From contig JBBREH010000004.1 in assembly GCA_038203095.1 (NCBI GenBank), positions 1-51,935 of the forward strand: a stretch of DNA of 51,935 bases, read 5' to 3'. Positions within the stretch are counted from its first letter, which is position 1. Each line of letters opens with the position of its first letter. This DNA is from Candidatus Doudnabacteria bacterium (GTDB lineage: Bacteria > Patescibacteriota > Doudnabacteria > UBA920). Below the pieces are notes generated by a model, which saw only the letters and a list, made by a program, of their open reading frames with translations, was not told where the DNA came from and searched no databases. The position numbers and the translations under genes are program-made. Of the stretch, positions 34,643 to 44,648 are shown in pieces.

Positions 34643-36457
34643 TTACTCACTTAGTGCCACGTCTTTACCGATTGTTACATTAATTTTGCTAGCAAATTTT
34701 GGAAATTTAGTCTGCCAAGCAGGAGCCAGGATTATGTCAACCCGGTCAATCTCAGCTTTCGACCTCAGAATTTCATTAACTTCGCTTTGAGTTTTACCCA
34801 CCAGTTCAGGTGCGATATTTTTTAGGTCAATATTATAAACTGCCTGACCTTCAAAATGGACATTTAGCACTACTAACGAATTAGCTTGGTCAAAGCTTTT
34901 AGCCTTGTAATCAGTTTGGTCAGGGTTCTTCGCTTCCAAAGTTTTATTAGAGGATAAAGTCTGATTAATGCGCTGAAAAATTAAGGTAGCCATATCCTCC
35001 TTTTTAAAAGCCAACCCCGAAATCTTAGCTGACAGTGAGGCTGTAAAACTCGGGGTTTGAGTCCCGGTCGGGTTATCAGAGGCAAATTGGGCTGAGTCTT
35101 CAATAAAAGCCTTATCGGCCAAAATCAATCCACTTTGCGCAAGCTTCTGTCGTACCTGTTCTAACCCCCGGGCTTCAAGCGTACTTTTTGCCAAGTTGAC
35201 ATCGTCTTGCGAAATTACCGAAAGATACCGGGTTGTTCCGCCTGTAATTTCAGTGTCAGTTTTGGCGTATAAAAACTGGGGCCGGCTACCAAAAACCTGG
35301 TTTGCAATTTCAACACGGGTGCCCGCAGGCAAATTGGAATCTTCCCCACCCTGAACCGCTACAATACCAACCGATTCTGCCAAAGAGCTTACATCAACTT
35401 CCTTGGTCTGGGAATTTTTATAAACCGTTGGCTTAAGACCACTAATGTCATCGGTTAAATTATAAGATCTTCCACCAACCGAAAGAATTGTCGTACCGGC
35501 TTTTAAATTTAATGGGGCTTTGGTAAAATTATAAATTTTAACAGTGCCGGATGACTTATTACCCACCTGCTTTTTACCCTGGCTGGAAAATTTATCACTA
35601 ATATTTATGCTTTCTTCAATTTTAATCCCCGGCAAAGTCAACTTAACCGGGTCAGCGCTTTTAATGCTTGGACTAAGACTAATTTCCATATCACGGGTGA
35701 CCGGTTCAGACTTTGGGTAAACAACCACTGTTGCCTTAGGTAAAACAAAATAAACTAAAACCAATACGGCTACCGACAAAACCACAAAAAGACCGGTAAC
35801 GGTTTTAGCAATATAAGACTTGCCTTCTTCGGGAAAAACGGCCGGCCTTTCAACCGGAGCAAAAAAAGTTTCCGTAACATTCACAGCTTCCGTAAGAGCT
35901 AGGGCCGGAACTGATTTTGAAATAACTCGGCCTGAATGTTCAATGGTATTTGAAACGTTTAAGGCTTTTTTGGCGGAACTAATTTTATCTGCAAATATCT
36001 TTGTTTGAAGATGCCCAGTCTTAACTTGTGTATGAATTTTATTCTGCGAAATCAGCCCTGACTGATTAGGCTTTTTTACCGATTCAGATACCAGTGCCAA
36101 ATTCAACGGGTCGGACTTAGTAATTACTGCTGACTCAATTTTTTTTTCCGGAGAGTGAAGTTTTTTGATATCTGAAAAGGATGATGTATTCGGAGACTTT
36201 GATAAAAATTTTATATCAAAACCCGCCTCTTTTGCGTAAAGCTGGCCCTTTTCATCCATCGTTAAAACAGAAACTTCTTTGCCCAGTATGTCCGCCTGCT
36301 TTTTTAGCAGCCGCAAATTAATACTGTCGGAAAACAAGAAGCAACGCTTTGGGCAGACCAAAACCACCTGTCTTGCGGACTGGTGCTTAAGACGAGTGAC
36401 AATTTTAGAAACATCGTCTTCAAGATTTATGTAAATGCTGGGCACCGCTGTAGCCAT
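34643..36457 (-). CDS. Single-TM membrane protein with a baseplate-J-like C-terminal region (common CPR type)
   Basis: N-terminal IYINLEDDV..NLRLLKKQA domain, low-complexity linker, TM helix, then G.VKIYN...GG domain. Confidence 0.65.
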   Translation of the reverse strand: MATAVPSIYINLEDDVSKIVTRLKHQSARQVVLVCPKRCFLFSDSINLRLLKKQADILGKEVSVLTMDEKGQLYAKEAGFDIKFLSKSPNTSSFSDIKKLHSPEKKIESAVITKSDPLNLALVSESVKKPNQSGLISQNKIHTQVKTGHLQTKIFADKISSAKKALNVSNTIEHSGRVISKSVPALALTEAVNVTETFFAPVERPAVFPEEGKSYIAKTVTGLFVVLSVAVLVLVYFVLPKATVVVYPKSEPVTRDMEISLSPSIKSADPVKLTLPGIKIEESINISDKFSSQGKKQVGNKSSGTVKIYNFTKAPLNLKAGTTILSVGGRSYNLTDDISGLKPTVYKNSQTKEVDVSSLAESVGIVAVQGGEDSNLPAGTRVEIANQVFGSRPQFLYAKTDTEITGGTTRYLSVISQDDVNLAKSTLEARGLEQVRQKLAQSGLILADKAFIEDSAQFASDNPTGTQTPSFTASLSAKISGLAFKKEDMATLIFQRINQTLSSNKTLEAKNPDQTDYKAKSFDQANSLVVLNVHFEGQAVYNIDLKNIAPELVGKTQSEVNEILRSKAEIDRVDIILAPAWQTKFPKFASKINVTIGKDVALSE

Positions 36458-36515
36458 AAAAAATCCTGTCTGCCTTATTGTATGCTAAATATGCAGCTTT
36501 TTCAACAACACAAAG

Positions 36516-37682
36516 CTACGTAAGCCCTTTAAAAGCCAATCTTTTGTTAAATGAGATTGATTTGCTAGCCTCCACCTGTGGTTGGTCAAATGGGTCTACA
36601 TTTCTCAGTAATGATGAATAAACCGCAAACAACTGCCAAAATGCAAGTAATTGACCAATTTCGGATGGGCTAAAACCTTCAACGGAAAGATGCAGTAGCG
36701 GGATACCTGAAATCCGAGCATTCTCCATAGTAGCGGCTGCTTCAAACTCCATTGCTTTTTCCAAAGGCACTTTGCTGATATCCGCCAAATGATGACCTTT
36801 AACCTGGACTGAAAGCAGTCCAGTTGCAAATACATTTTGGGTAGGGTGATTAAACTGATTTACTGTAGTAAATATTCCGCAAATATTTTTTATCCCGCCA
36901 AAGAACCTCTGGTTGGTGTGGTGCTGACTCTCCGGCGCTTCGTGAGCAAAATAGGTCTGGCCTTTGCCTTCTTTACCAAAACTTTCATGGCACAGCTGAA
37001 CTATCACGTTGCTCATAGCAAAAAGCGCGCGCGAATAAAAAGGCATGAATACATCTACAAAACCTTTTTGCTCAAGCTGAAATAAAACCGAAGCAGTTTT
37101 CCAGGCTAAATTATCTTTTCGATAAAGCCGGTAAAATGCCTCGGCAGCATTAAAAAGTTTTTCCGCATCCAGACCGCACAAAGCCGCTGGCAATAGCCCG
37201 ACTTCGGTAAAACCGGTGTAGCGACCTCCGATAATAGGGTGCAAAATAATTTTTGCGTTCAATTTTTCGCCTATAGCGCGAAGCGAGCTAGATTTACCTG
37301 TAATAATTAGCAAAGGAAAGTCTACAAACATATTAAGCGCCTCAATTTGCGTCGTTGTCTCGCCGGATTTGGAAATGGCGATAACTAGTGTATTTTGGGG
37401 ATTTAATTTTTGCCTGAGTTCAAAAATATAATCCGGATCCACCGTAGACAAAAAATAAACTTTTTTTATTACCTGCTCTTTTAGCGCGTGATAAAACCCA
37501 TAAAAAGAAGTAATACTGCCTCCATGGCCGATAATTAAAATATTTGGATATTGTCCATATTCGCTAGCCAATTTTTTCATCAACTCAAAATCCGGCCGGT
37601 ATAAAATAAACTCCGGCTCGGGTGGCAAAGCAATACTCGCTATGTCGATTGGCTTGGGACAGTTGTAAAATTCTAGTTTCAT
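36516..37682 (-). CDS. pgi: Glucose-6-phosphate isomerase-like SIS protein
   Basis: IGHGGS, ISKSGETT, IGGRY, ESFGKEG, DPFDQPQVEASK. Confidence 0.8.
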   Translation of the reverse strand: MKLEFYNCPKPIDIASIALPPEPEFILYRPDFELMKKLASEYGQYPNILIIGHGGSITSFYGFYHALKEQVIKKVYFLSTVDPDYIFELRQKLNPQNTLVIAISKSGETTTQIEALNMFVDFPLLIITGKSSSLRAIGEKLNAKIILHPIIGGRYTGFTEVGLLPAALCGLDAEKLFNAAEAFYRLYRKDNLAWKTASVLFQLEQKGFVDVFMPFYSRALFAMSNVIVQLCHESFGKEGKGQTYFAHEAPESQHHTNQRFFGGIKNICGIFTTVNQFNHPTQNVFATGLLSVQVKGHHLADISKVPLEKAMEFEAAATMENARISGIPLLHLSVEGFSPSEIGQLLAFWQLFAVYSSLLRNVDPFDQPQVEASKSISFNKRLAFKGLT

Positions 37683-37823
37683 AGTTTTGCAGTCATTCCT
37701 CTCCTATTTATAGAACTTTTAAATTTCAAATTGTTATAAATATAACTCAGACTAGCCTCCCCTAGCCCCTCCTTTGAAAAGGAGGGAAATACTGCACTAG
37801 GTTAAACCTGAAGGGCTTAAATT

Positions 37824-38180
37824 CTATTGATTTTCAACTTTTGCATAGTGCGTATTCCTGGCCGCCAGAGCAAACTGCATAAAATAGTCATTCAAAAACT
37901 TTTCATCGCTCCCATACTCATTATCCCCCGCTAAAAAATCACAAACTATTTCCCGCGCGCGGGCAATTTCTTTCAACTGTGATAATTTCCAACGTTTGTC
38001 TTCCAAAGTTAAATCAAATAATTCTAACCCCCGATAAAAAGCTTTTTTACTTTCTTCTGTATTCCCATCGCTTTTACTGTAAATAGCTCGCTCAACTTCT
38101 GAGCCAATATTTCCCAACTGTTCAGCTAGGCTAAACCGAGACCACCTGCCAGATGCCAAAGTTTTATTCTGAATACTCAT
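37824..38180 (-). CDS. Conserved helical hypothetical protein
   Basis: GRWSRFSLAEQLGNIGSEVER...EIARARE pattern; abuts the DUF5674-like gene. Confidence 0.75.
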   Translation of the reverse strand: MSIQNKTLASGRWSRFSLAEQLGNIGSEVERAIYSKSDGNTEESKKAFYRGLELFDLTLEDKRWKLSQLKEIARAREIVCDFLAGDNEYGSDEKFLNDYFMQFALAARNTHYAKVENQ

Positions 38181-38528
38181 TTATGTAACTAGATTATTTA
38201 CAATTTCTATAATTTTTTTCTTAACTTCTTCATCTTGCACAAATCTGGAGTGATTATCCTGGCTTGGCCGAACATTTATCATTGAATGAAATTGTATCCA
38301 AGACTCTCTTGGCTGGTCAAAATGAATATTAAAACCCCAGAGTTCCCTTTGGTTGGAACCATCGTCAAGAAGCACAGCCTCTTCGTCCGAATGCAGTTCT
38401 CCGCCCACAGCTATTACGCCTCGCTCAACATCGGCCACAGCCTTTACCATATCGCCGTACCATTCCTTGGCAACAGACTTAAGCTCGTCCAGACTAATTT
38501 TTTCTTTAATAATTTTAATGCCGTCCAT
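38181..38528 (-). CDS. DUF5674-like protein
   Basis: MVKAVADV...GGELHSDEE..LLDDGS.Q..LWGFN...SMINVRP..DN.S. Confidence 0.75.
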   Translation of the reverse strand: MDGIKIIKEKISLDELKSVAKEWYGDMVKAVADVERGVIAVGGELHSDEEAVLLDDGSNQRELWGFNIHFDQPRESWIQFHSMINVRPSQDNHSRFVQDEEVKKKIIEIVNNLVT

Positions 38529-38586
38529 AAATTTTTGAGTAAAATATTCCTCTGCTTTACGGTATTATCGTTTTTGGTTAAATGAG

Positions 38587-39285
38587 TTAAATTTTATTGT
38601 CCACTTTGATTATTTTATTTAAAAAATCTTTATATATTTTCTCTTTTTCCAAACCATCTTCATCAAATTTTGGTTTTGATTTATTAATATAGTCAATATA
38701 GGGCTTATAAGCGCAAAAAATAAAAATTGAATTTCGGTTAGCTTCTAATCCAAATGGGCCAATCTCGGATTTTAGATCAAGCAAAGCCTCCATCATGTCC
38801 GGACTTAACATGTAAAACTGCGCCTCGTGTTCGGTTTTAAAAAATTCAAATTCCTTATTGAAAACCTGGTAATCAAGTTCTGCCTTAACAAGTTTAGTAC
38901 GAAAATGATTCAAAAGAACTATAGGTAAATCTGTTGAGAGAATTTCCATTTTCCTGGCCTTATCTAAATTCTCTATTTCGACCGCCAATAAATGGGTTTT
39001 AAAAGAATGTACAACCTCATAGAGTTTAAACATCCGAAACTGAAAGCAGCCTTTAATAAAACTTAGTTGGGCTAAATTTGTCTGGGTTTGAAAAAATAGA
39101 TACTTCTGTTTTAACAATTTGGTATCATCACCCTCATAAGGAACGCAAAAATCCCAACTGTTCCGGTGTATAATTTCGCGGTTGCGATAATCGGTATATG
39201 TACTCGTCAAGCGATGCCAAAATAAAATAGCTCCTGCGCCCAAAATTGAAAAAAAGATAATTTTTAAACTATCAAAAAAGTCCAT
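38587..39285 (-). CDS. Hypothetical protein with N-terminal TM anchor
   Basis: 232-aa ORF coupled to alaS. Confidence 0.7.
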   Translation of the reverse strand: MDFFDSLKIIFFSILGAGAILFWHRLTSTYTDYRNREIIHRNSWDFCVPYEGDDTKLLKQKYLFFQTQTNLAQLSFIKGCFQFRMFKLYEVVHSFKTHLLAVEIENLDKARKMEILSTDLPIVLLNHFRTKLVKAELDYQVFNKEFEFFKTEHEAQFYMLSPDMMEALLDLKSEIGPFGLEANRNSIFIFCAYKPYIDYINKSKPKFDEDGLEKEKIYKDFLNKIIKVDNKI

Positions 39286-39286
39286 T

Positions 39287-41191
39287 CTATTCTACGGTTG
39301 CTTTAATTCTCCTAACCCCTGCACTTGTGGCTTCTTCTTTTTGAATTTTAAAATGGCCAATAACTCCGGTGCGCTCCACGTGCGGGCCACCGCAGAATTC
39401 GCGGGAAATAATTTCATTAGTTGCAGGATCAAAAACCGTGTATATAGAAACCTCATCTGCGTATTTTTCACCAAAAACGCCAACTGCGCCAAGCTCACGG
39501 GCTTTTTCCTGGGACATAATTTCCTTTTTTACGGTTAAGTCGCGGGCAATCCAGTTATTTACAATTGACTCAACCGACAAAACTTCTTCCACAGTTAATT
39601 TTTTATCATGAGTAAAATCAAATCTTGTTCGCTCTTCAGTTATATTGCTCCCTTTTTGCCAGACGTTCTCGCCCAGCACTTGGCGAAGCGCAGCATTCAT
39701 CAAATGCGTTGCTGTATGTAGGCGCACGATCTTATCGCTGTGCGAAGCTAATCCTCCCTTAAACTGTCCGGCCGATGCAGTGCGACTAAGTTCTTGGTGC
39801 TTTTTAAATTCTTCTTCAAATTGTTTTTTATCAATTTTTAAAACGCCTGATGTCTCTGCTAATTCTTTAGTAAGCTCCCAAGGAAAACCATAAGTCTGAT
39901 ATAAATCAAATGCCGCTTTGCCTGTAATTTTAACTTTTTCATCAACTCCCTTGCTTTCGAGTTCCGATGACTTCATCAATTTTTCAAATTCCTTTAGCCC
40001 TCTCTCTAGAGTTTTTTCAAATTTTGCTTGCTCGCCTTCAATTACAGCAAAAATATTTTCGGAGCGATCTTGAAGTTCCGGATATGCTTCAGCATAAGTA
40101 AAAATTACCTGTCCAACCAGAGCGTCTAACCAGTGATGTTTTAAATTAAGCAGTCTACCCATTACCATGGCCCGGCGAAGCAGTCGACGCAAAAAATAAC
40201 CACGATCTTTATTTGAAGGTATAACACCATCGCTAACAAAGAACACCGCCGCTCGGATATGATCTAAAATTATGCGCGCTTTTTTTACTTCGTGATTGGT
40301 CATTATTTCCTGATCCAATGCCAACACGTCCCACATCGACTTAAAAATGTCCGTATCAAAAACAGATTGTTGACCGTTAGCCGCCGCCAGCATACGCTCT
40401 AAGCCGCCGCCAAAATCTACGTTATTTTGTTTTAACTTTTCAAAACCTTTGTCTGTTTTTACGTATTGCATGAATACGTTATTACCTATTTCAACAAACC
40501 GCCCGCAATCACAATTCACATGACATGGCTGATTTTTAAACGTGGATTTTTCATGAATCCCCAAATGAGCACCATAATCCCAAAACATTTCCGAATCAGG
40601 TCCGCCCGGTTCACCGACCGGCATATTTGCGGTTATTCCTGCCCTTGACCACCAATTTTTTTCTTCTGGGTAGTAAAAAATTCTGCCATCCTGTAACCCA
40701 TCACGTTCAGAAAAATCAACCACTTTTGCATCTATTCCAACAGTTTGAAACTGCGACTGCCAAATTTCTACAGATTCATCGTCCTTTGGAATGCCAATGT
40801 CTTCTTTGCCGCGAAAAACCGTCACGAACAAATTTTTTGGGTCAAGACCCACTTCCTTAGTTAAAAATTCAAACATCCATGAAATTTGCTCTAGTTTAAA
40901 ATAATCTCCTAAAGACCAATTACCCAGCATCTCAAAAAAGGTTGTATGACGATTATCACCAACCTCCTCAATATCCTGCGACCTAAAGCATTTTTGTGAA
41001 TCTGTAATTCTGGTACCATTGGGATGAACCGCCCCCAACAAATAAGGCACCATCGGCTGCATACCCGAACCGGTAAACAAAGTTGTGGCGTCATTTTCCG
41101 GCACTAAAGACGCCGAAGGGATTATGACATGGCCTTTGGACTGAAAAAAATTTAGATATTTTTGACGCAATTCCTGCGCGGTGATTTTCAT
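39287..41191 (-). CDS. alaS: Alanine--tRNA ligase, short form lacking the C-Ala domain
   Basis: TLFTGSGMQP, HTTFFEMLGNWS, DFGGGLER, HTATHL and EFCGGPHV editing motifs. Confidence 0.97.
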   Translation of the reverse strand: MKITAQELRQKYLNFFQSKGHVIIPSASLVPENDATTLFTGSGMQPMVPYLLGAVHPNGTRITDSQKCFRSQDIEEVGDNRHTTFFEMLGNWSLGDYFKLEQISWMFEFLTKEVGLDPKNLFVTVFRGKEDIGIPKDDESVEIWQSQFQTVGIDAKVVDFSERDGLQDGRIFYYPEEKNWWSRAGITANMPVGEPGGPDSEMFWDYGAHLGIHEKSTFKNQPCHVNCDCGRFVEIGNNVFMQYVKTDKGFEKLKQNNVDFGGGLERMLAAANGQQSVFDTDIFKSMWDVLALDQEIMTNHEVKKARIILDHIRAAVFFVSDGVIPSNKDRGYFLRRLLRRAMVMGRLLNLKHHWLDALVGQVIFTYAEAYPELQDRSENIFAVIEGEQAKFEKTLERGLKEFEKLMKSSELESKGVDEKVKITGKAAFDLYQTYGFPWELTKELAETSGVLKIDKKQFEEEFKKHQELSRTASAGQFKGGLASHSDKIVRLHTATHLMNAALRQVLGENVWQKGSNITEERTRFDFTHDKKLTVEEVLSVESIVNNWIARDLTVKKEIMSQEKARELGAVGVFGEKYADEVSIYTVFDPATNEIISREFCGGPHVERTGVIGHFKIQKEEATSAGVRRIKATVE

Positions 41192-41535
41192 AAGTTATCA
41201 ATTTTATTTTTAACCCTATTTCCTTTCCAAGTTTTCTGTGCAAAATATCCCATAAAATAATAAACAATAATACAAATAGCATACACACCCGACCAAATTA
41301 TAAAATTAGGCAGCTGTATCTTTTGCAAAATCTTTATTGTATAAGTCAACCATAAAACTGGGAAGATTGGCCAAAATTGAAGCAAGTATTTTGGTTGAAT
41401 ATCACAAAACCAGTCTGTACATCTTACAGCATAATAATTAGCAACGGCAGCCCAGGCAATAAAAATTAAAACAAACAGAAAACCTAATTTCGATTGTAAA
41501 TATTTGACACGTAATTGTTGAGCGGTGACCTTCAT
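41188..41535 (-). CDS. Small membrane protein whose N-terminus resembles that of AlaRS
   Basis: MKVTAQQLRVKYL versus AlaRS MKITAQELRQKYL; 2-3 hydrophobic helices. Confidence 0.7.
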   Translation of the reverse strand: MKVTAQQLRVKYLQSKLGFLFVLIFIAWAAVANYYAVRCTDWFCDIQPKYLLQFWPIFPVLWLTYTIKILQKIQLPNFIIWSGVYAICIIVYYFMGYFAQKTWKGNRVKNKIDNL

Positions 41536-41542
41536 ATTTTTT

Positions 41543-41615
41543 ACAAATCACAAATCGTGCAAATGGGAACAAATCCGATGATTTGCAGTATTTGTTCCCA
41601 TTTGTGATTTGTGGA
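41543..41615. repeat. Inverted low-complexity (ACAAAT/ATTTGT) hairpin
   Basis: ACAAATCACAAAT..CAAATGGGAACAAAT / ATTTGTTCCCATTTGTGATTTGT. Confidence 0.7.
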
Positions 41616-41619
41616 TGAT

Positions 41620-42876
41620 TTATTTCGTTATTTCATCAAGCGCCTTGTCCATTTGCGGGTCTTTGTTGGCGTTAATATCGGTTTCAGTCAATTTAACCGC
41701 AATGTCAGGATCAAGTCCGTTGTGGTTTAGGTTAACACCGCCCGGGGTAATCCATTTAGCAATGGTCACCTTAACACCTGCGCCACCATCTAAATTAACA
41801 ATTTCCTGCACGCTACCTTTGCCAAAACTTTTTTCGCCGATTAATTTGGCAAAGCCATGGTCGCGCAAAGCTCCGGACAAGATTTCTGCGGCGCTGGCAG
41901 AGCCGCCATTAATCATTACTAAAGTTTTGTAGCCTGCCAGTCTCGAATTACCTTCGCCGGTATATTTTACCGAGGTGCCATCACTATGAGCTTCTGAAAC
42001 CACAACATCACCCTGTTTAACCCAATTGGAAGCCAAATCAACCGCGGTTTGCAAATAGCCACCCGGATTATTGCGCAAATCCAGCACAATTCCGGCTACA
42101 TTATGGGTTAAAATGTCATTGACTGCCTGGTCGAACAACGGTTTAGTATCATCACCAAATTCACTGACTGTAATTACGGCAATTTTCTTTTTTTGACCGC
42201 CTATACCTACATCTTTGAGTTCCCATTTCACACTCTTGATAACAATGGTGTCACGGGTAATTTTCACGTCAAATGGTTTGTCTTTTCCCTGCCTGACCAA
42301 ACCCAAAGTTACCGGCGTACCCTTTGGTCCACGGATTTTATCTACTGCCTGTTCCACAGACCAGCCTTGAGTGGACTGACTGTCTACCTGGTAAATAATA
42401 TCGCCGGCTAAGATTCCAGCTTTTTTGGCCGGAGTACCGTCGAGCGGTGCAATAATAACAATGTTTCCGTCTTTTTTACCAACTTCTGCGCCAATACCAC
42501 CAAAACTGCCCTTTAGCTGGGTTTGAAAATTACTTAACTCTTTAGGCTGAAAAAATGTTGTGTAAGGATCGCCCAAAGATTCAACTGCCCCTTTTACCGC
42601 TCCGTACAAAACTTTTTGCTGATCAATCGGCCTATCTATATATTTAGTATTTATAACATTAATAGCATCCCACAATAGCTTATAATCGACAGTCGCAATT
42701 TGCTGATTTTGATTAATTACTTTAAAGTCTTTTGGGCTGAAAACAATACCCCTACGCCCGTTCTGAAAGCCGGCATAATAAGAAAGAACGACAATAATTA
42801 AAAGACTTATTCCTTTAATAAAATAGCTATGGCGCTGCGGCGTCGATGAATTTTGACTGGCTTGATTTTCTTCCAT
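41620..42876 (-). CDS. ctpA: S41 C-terminal processing peptidase
   Basis: LGDPYT, PDZ domain, LDLRNNPGG, SASAAEI, GEKSFGKGSVQ. Confidence 0.93.
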   Translation of the reverse strand: MEENQASQNSSTPQRHSYFIKGISLLIIVVLSYYAGFQNGRRGIVFSPKDFKVINQNQQIATVDYKLLWDAINVINTKYIDRPIDQQKVLYGAVKGAVESLGDPYTTFFQPKELSNFQTQLKGSFGGIGAEVGKKDGNIVIIAPLDGTPAKKAGILAGDIIYQVDSQSTQGWSVEQAVDKIRGPKGTPVTLGLVRQGKDKPFDVKITRDTIVIKSVKWELKDVGIGGQKKKIAVITVSEFGDDTKPLFDQAVNDILTHNVAGIVLDLRNNPGGYLQTAVDLASNWVKQGDVVVSEAHSDGTSVKYTGEGNSRLAGYKTLVMINGGSASAAEILSGALRDHGFAKLIGEKSFGKGSVQEIVNLDGGAGVKVTIAKWITPGGVNLNHNGLDPDIAVKLTETDINANKDPQMDKALDEITK

Positions 42877-42910
42877 GATTGTAATTATTTTAGTTAATTT
42901 GATTGATTTA

Positions 42911-43016
42911 TTGTAACATATTTTGGCCGGAGGCCAAAATATGTCGAAGGCGACAAGATGTTACATACCCGATTTTCTGAGCGGATCCTAAAACGCCGAT
43001 GAATCGGCGCGCTATA
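42911..43016. repeat. Clustered REP-like hairpins
   Basis: ACATATTTTGGCC-GGA-GGCCAAAATATGT and CGCCGATGAATCGGCG. Confidence 0.6.
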
Positions 43017-43030
43017 TATGTAAGCGATGT

Positions 43031-43891
43031 TCACTTACTCACCAGCGGCTTGGCCTTAAAAAAATTACTAATAATTAGAGCCGCCATTCTTAAATAAATT
43101 CCACAAAACACTAGCCAGTTAAAAATAAACAAGTATTTTTCGGCGTAATATTTTTTGTAAAAAATCCACATGGCGTCGTGGAACCAACGAAGCGCCCGTT
43201 GCGGCACTTGCGCCGAAGACGCGCCTTTGTAATGGGTAATAAAAGTTCTGGGATAATACAAAACTTTAAAGCCCGCAGCCTTACACCTAAAGCACCAATC
43301 CAAATCCTCGCCGTACATAAAAAACTTTTCGTCCAAAAAACCAATTTGATCAACAACAAATTTACGTATAAGCAAAAACGCGCCCACTACGCTATCAACT
43401 TCCATTTCCTTGTTCTCATCAACATCGGAATAATTATAGTCCTTGTTGTTTAGCAAAAACAGTCTTTTAAAACTGTTTAGAGGGTTAGGGAACCGGCGCC
43501 GACAGGCTAAATCTAAGTTGCCACCCGGCTTGATAACTTTACAGCCGGTAATGCCAACAGTTGGCCGGTTTTCCATCATATCTAGCATTACTTCAAAAGT
43601 GTCAGGCTCAACTTTGGTGTCCGGGTTAAGCAGTAAAACGTAACGACCCTGCGCCTGCTTAATACCCAGGTTATTGCCAGCGGAAAAACCGGTATTTTTA
43701 TTTCGGATGAGCTTTAAATTTGGAATGCTTAACAACAAACTTTCCACCGCCTCCGCCGTGCCATCCTGCGAATCATTATCCACCACAATAACCTCAAAAG
43801 CATACTTTTTCGTAGACGCAAAAACACTCGGCAACAGCACTTTTAAGTGCTCTTTGGATTTGTAGGAGAGGATGATTATTGATAATGTCAT
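43031..43891 (-). CDS. Glycosyltransferase family 2 (WbbL-like)
   Basis: VVDNDSQDGT, GFSAGNN, LLNPD, FFMYGEDLDWC. Confidence 0.92.
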   Translation of the reverse strand: MTLSIIILSYKSKEHLKVLLPSVFASTKKYAFEVIVVDNDSQDGTAEAVESLLLSIPNLKLIRNKNTGFSAGNNLGIKQAQGRYVLLLNPDTKVEPDTFEVMLDMMENRPTVGITGCKVIKPGGNLDLACRRRFPNPLNSFKRLFLLNNKDYNYSDVDENKEMEVDSVVGAFLLIRKFVVDQIGFLDEKFFMYGEDLDWCFRCKAAGFKVLYYPRTFITHYKGASSAQVPQRALRWFHDAMWIFYKKYYAEKYLFIFNWLVFCGIYLRMAALIISNFFKAKPLVSK

Positions 43892-44634
43892 ATTTTTTTG
43901 AATAAAAGAACACCTCTTTCCGCCTCAAACCAATTCTTTTCATCTTTTTTAGGCGTCCAGGTTTCAGGAACTAAACCCAAATCCCTTTGAAAACCATTTT
44001 TTTGAGCAATTCCTGTTAAAGACTCCACTGAGGAAGGATAATATGGCATTGAAACTTGAAAATTCGTGTAACCCTTTTCTCTTAAAGCTTGCTTTATTAA
44101 ATCAATTTCTTGTTGTACGCTGTTTTGTGATTTTCCGAATATCGAAATTGGCGCATCAAAAAATTTTTTGCCATTAGATGAATGGATAATTATATATTGA
44201 TTCATGTTGATCTGCTTTTTTTCAGGAATAAACTGCATTACTACTAATAACAGTCCGTGGTCTAAAAGCATGTTACGTGTCTGTTCAAAAAATTTATTTT
44301 TGTTTTTTATGTGTAATAACGCATCTTTAATATGGATTAGCGCAAATGATTTTTCAGCAAATACCTGTGTTTCCAAATCCCCTAAGACAAAATTCCTCTG
44401 TATGCCACCCGCTTGCTTAGAGATATCCATTTCAAAAATTTTAGTAGAGCTACCAAAAACTGCAGCCATTTGAGCGGCTTCATTGCCAGTGCCTGAAGCC
44501 ATATCCAAAACTCTTGCATCTGGTGGAAGCTGAGGAAGTCTTTTTAGTACTTCATCAGAATAACTTTGGGCTTGTACTGCCAATTCATATGCCTCAACTT
44601 GCCCATGTTTCTCGTAATGTCTGCTTAATGACAT
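43888..44634 (-). CDS. Class I SAM-dependent methyltransferase
   Basis: VLDMASGTG motif I; DIS; LLDHGLL. Confidence 0.8.
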   Translation of the reverse strand: MSLSRHYEKHGQVEAYELAVQAQSYSDEVLKRLPQLPPDARVLDMASGTGNEAAQMAAVFGSSTKIFEMDISKQAGGIQRNFVLGDLETQVFAEKSFALIHIKDALLHIKNKNKFFEQTRNMLLDHGLLLVVMQFIPEKKQINMNQYIIIHSSNGKKFFDAPISIFGKSQNSVQQEIDLIKQALREKGYTNFQVSMPYYPSSVESLTGIAQKNGFQRDLGLVPETWTPKKDEKNWFEAERGVLLFKKI

Positions 44635-44648
44635 AATGTAAACAAATA

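Noticed and set aside
34643-36457. Baseplate-J-like protein as evidence of a prophage or contractile system
   Set aside because: No other phage or tail genes; membrane-anchored, in housekeeping context.
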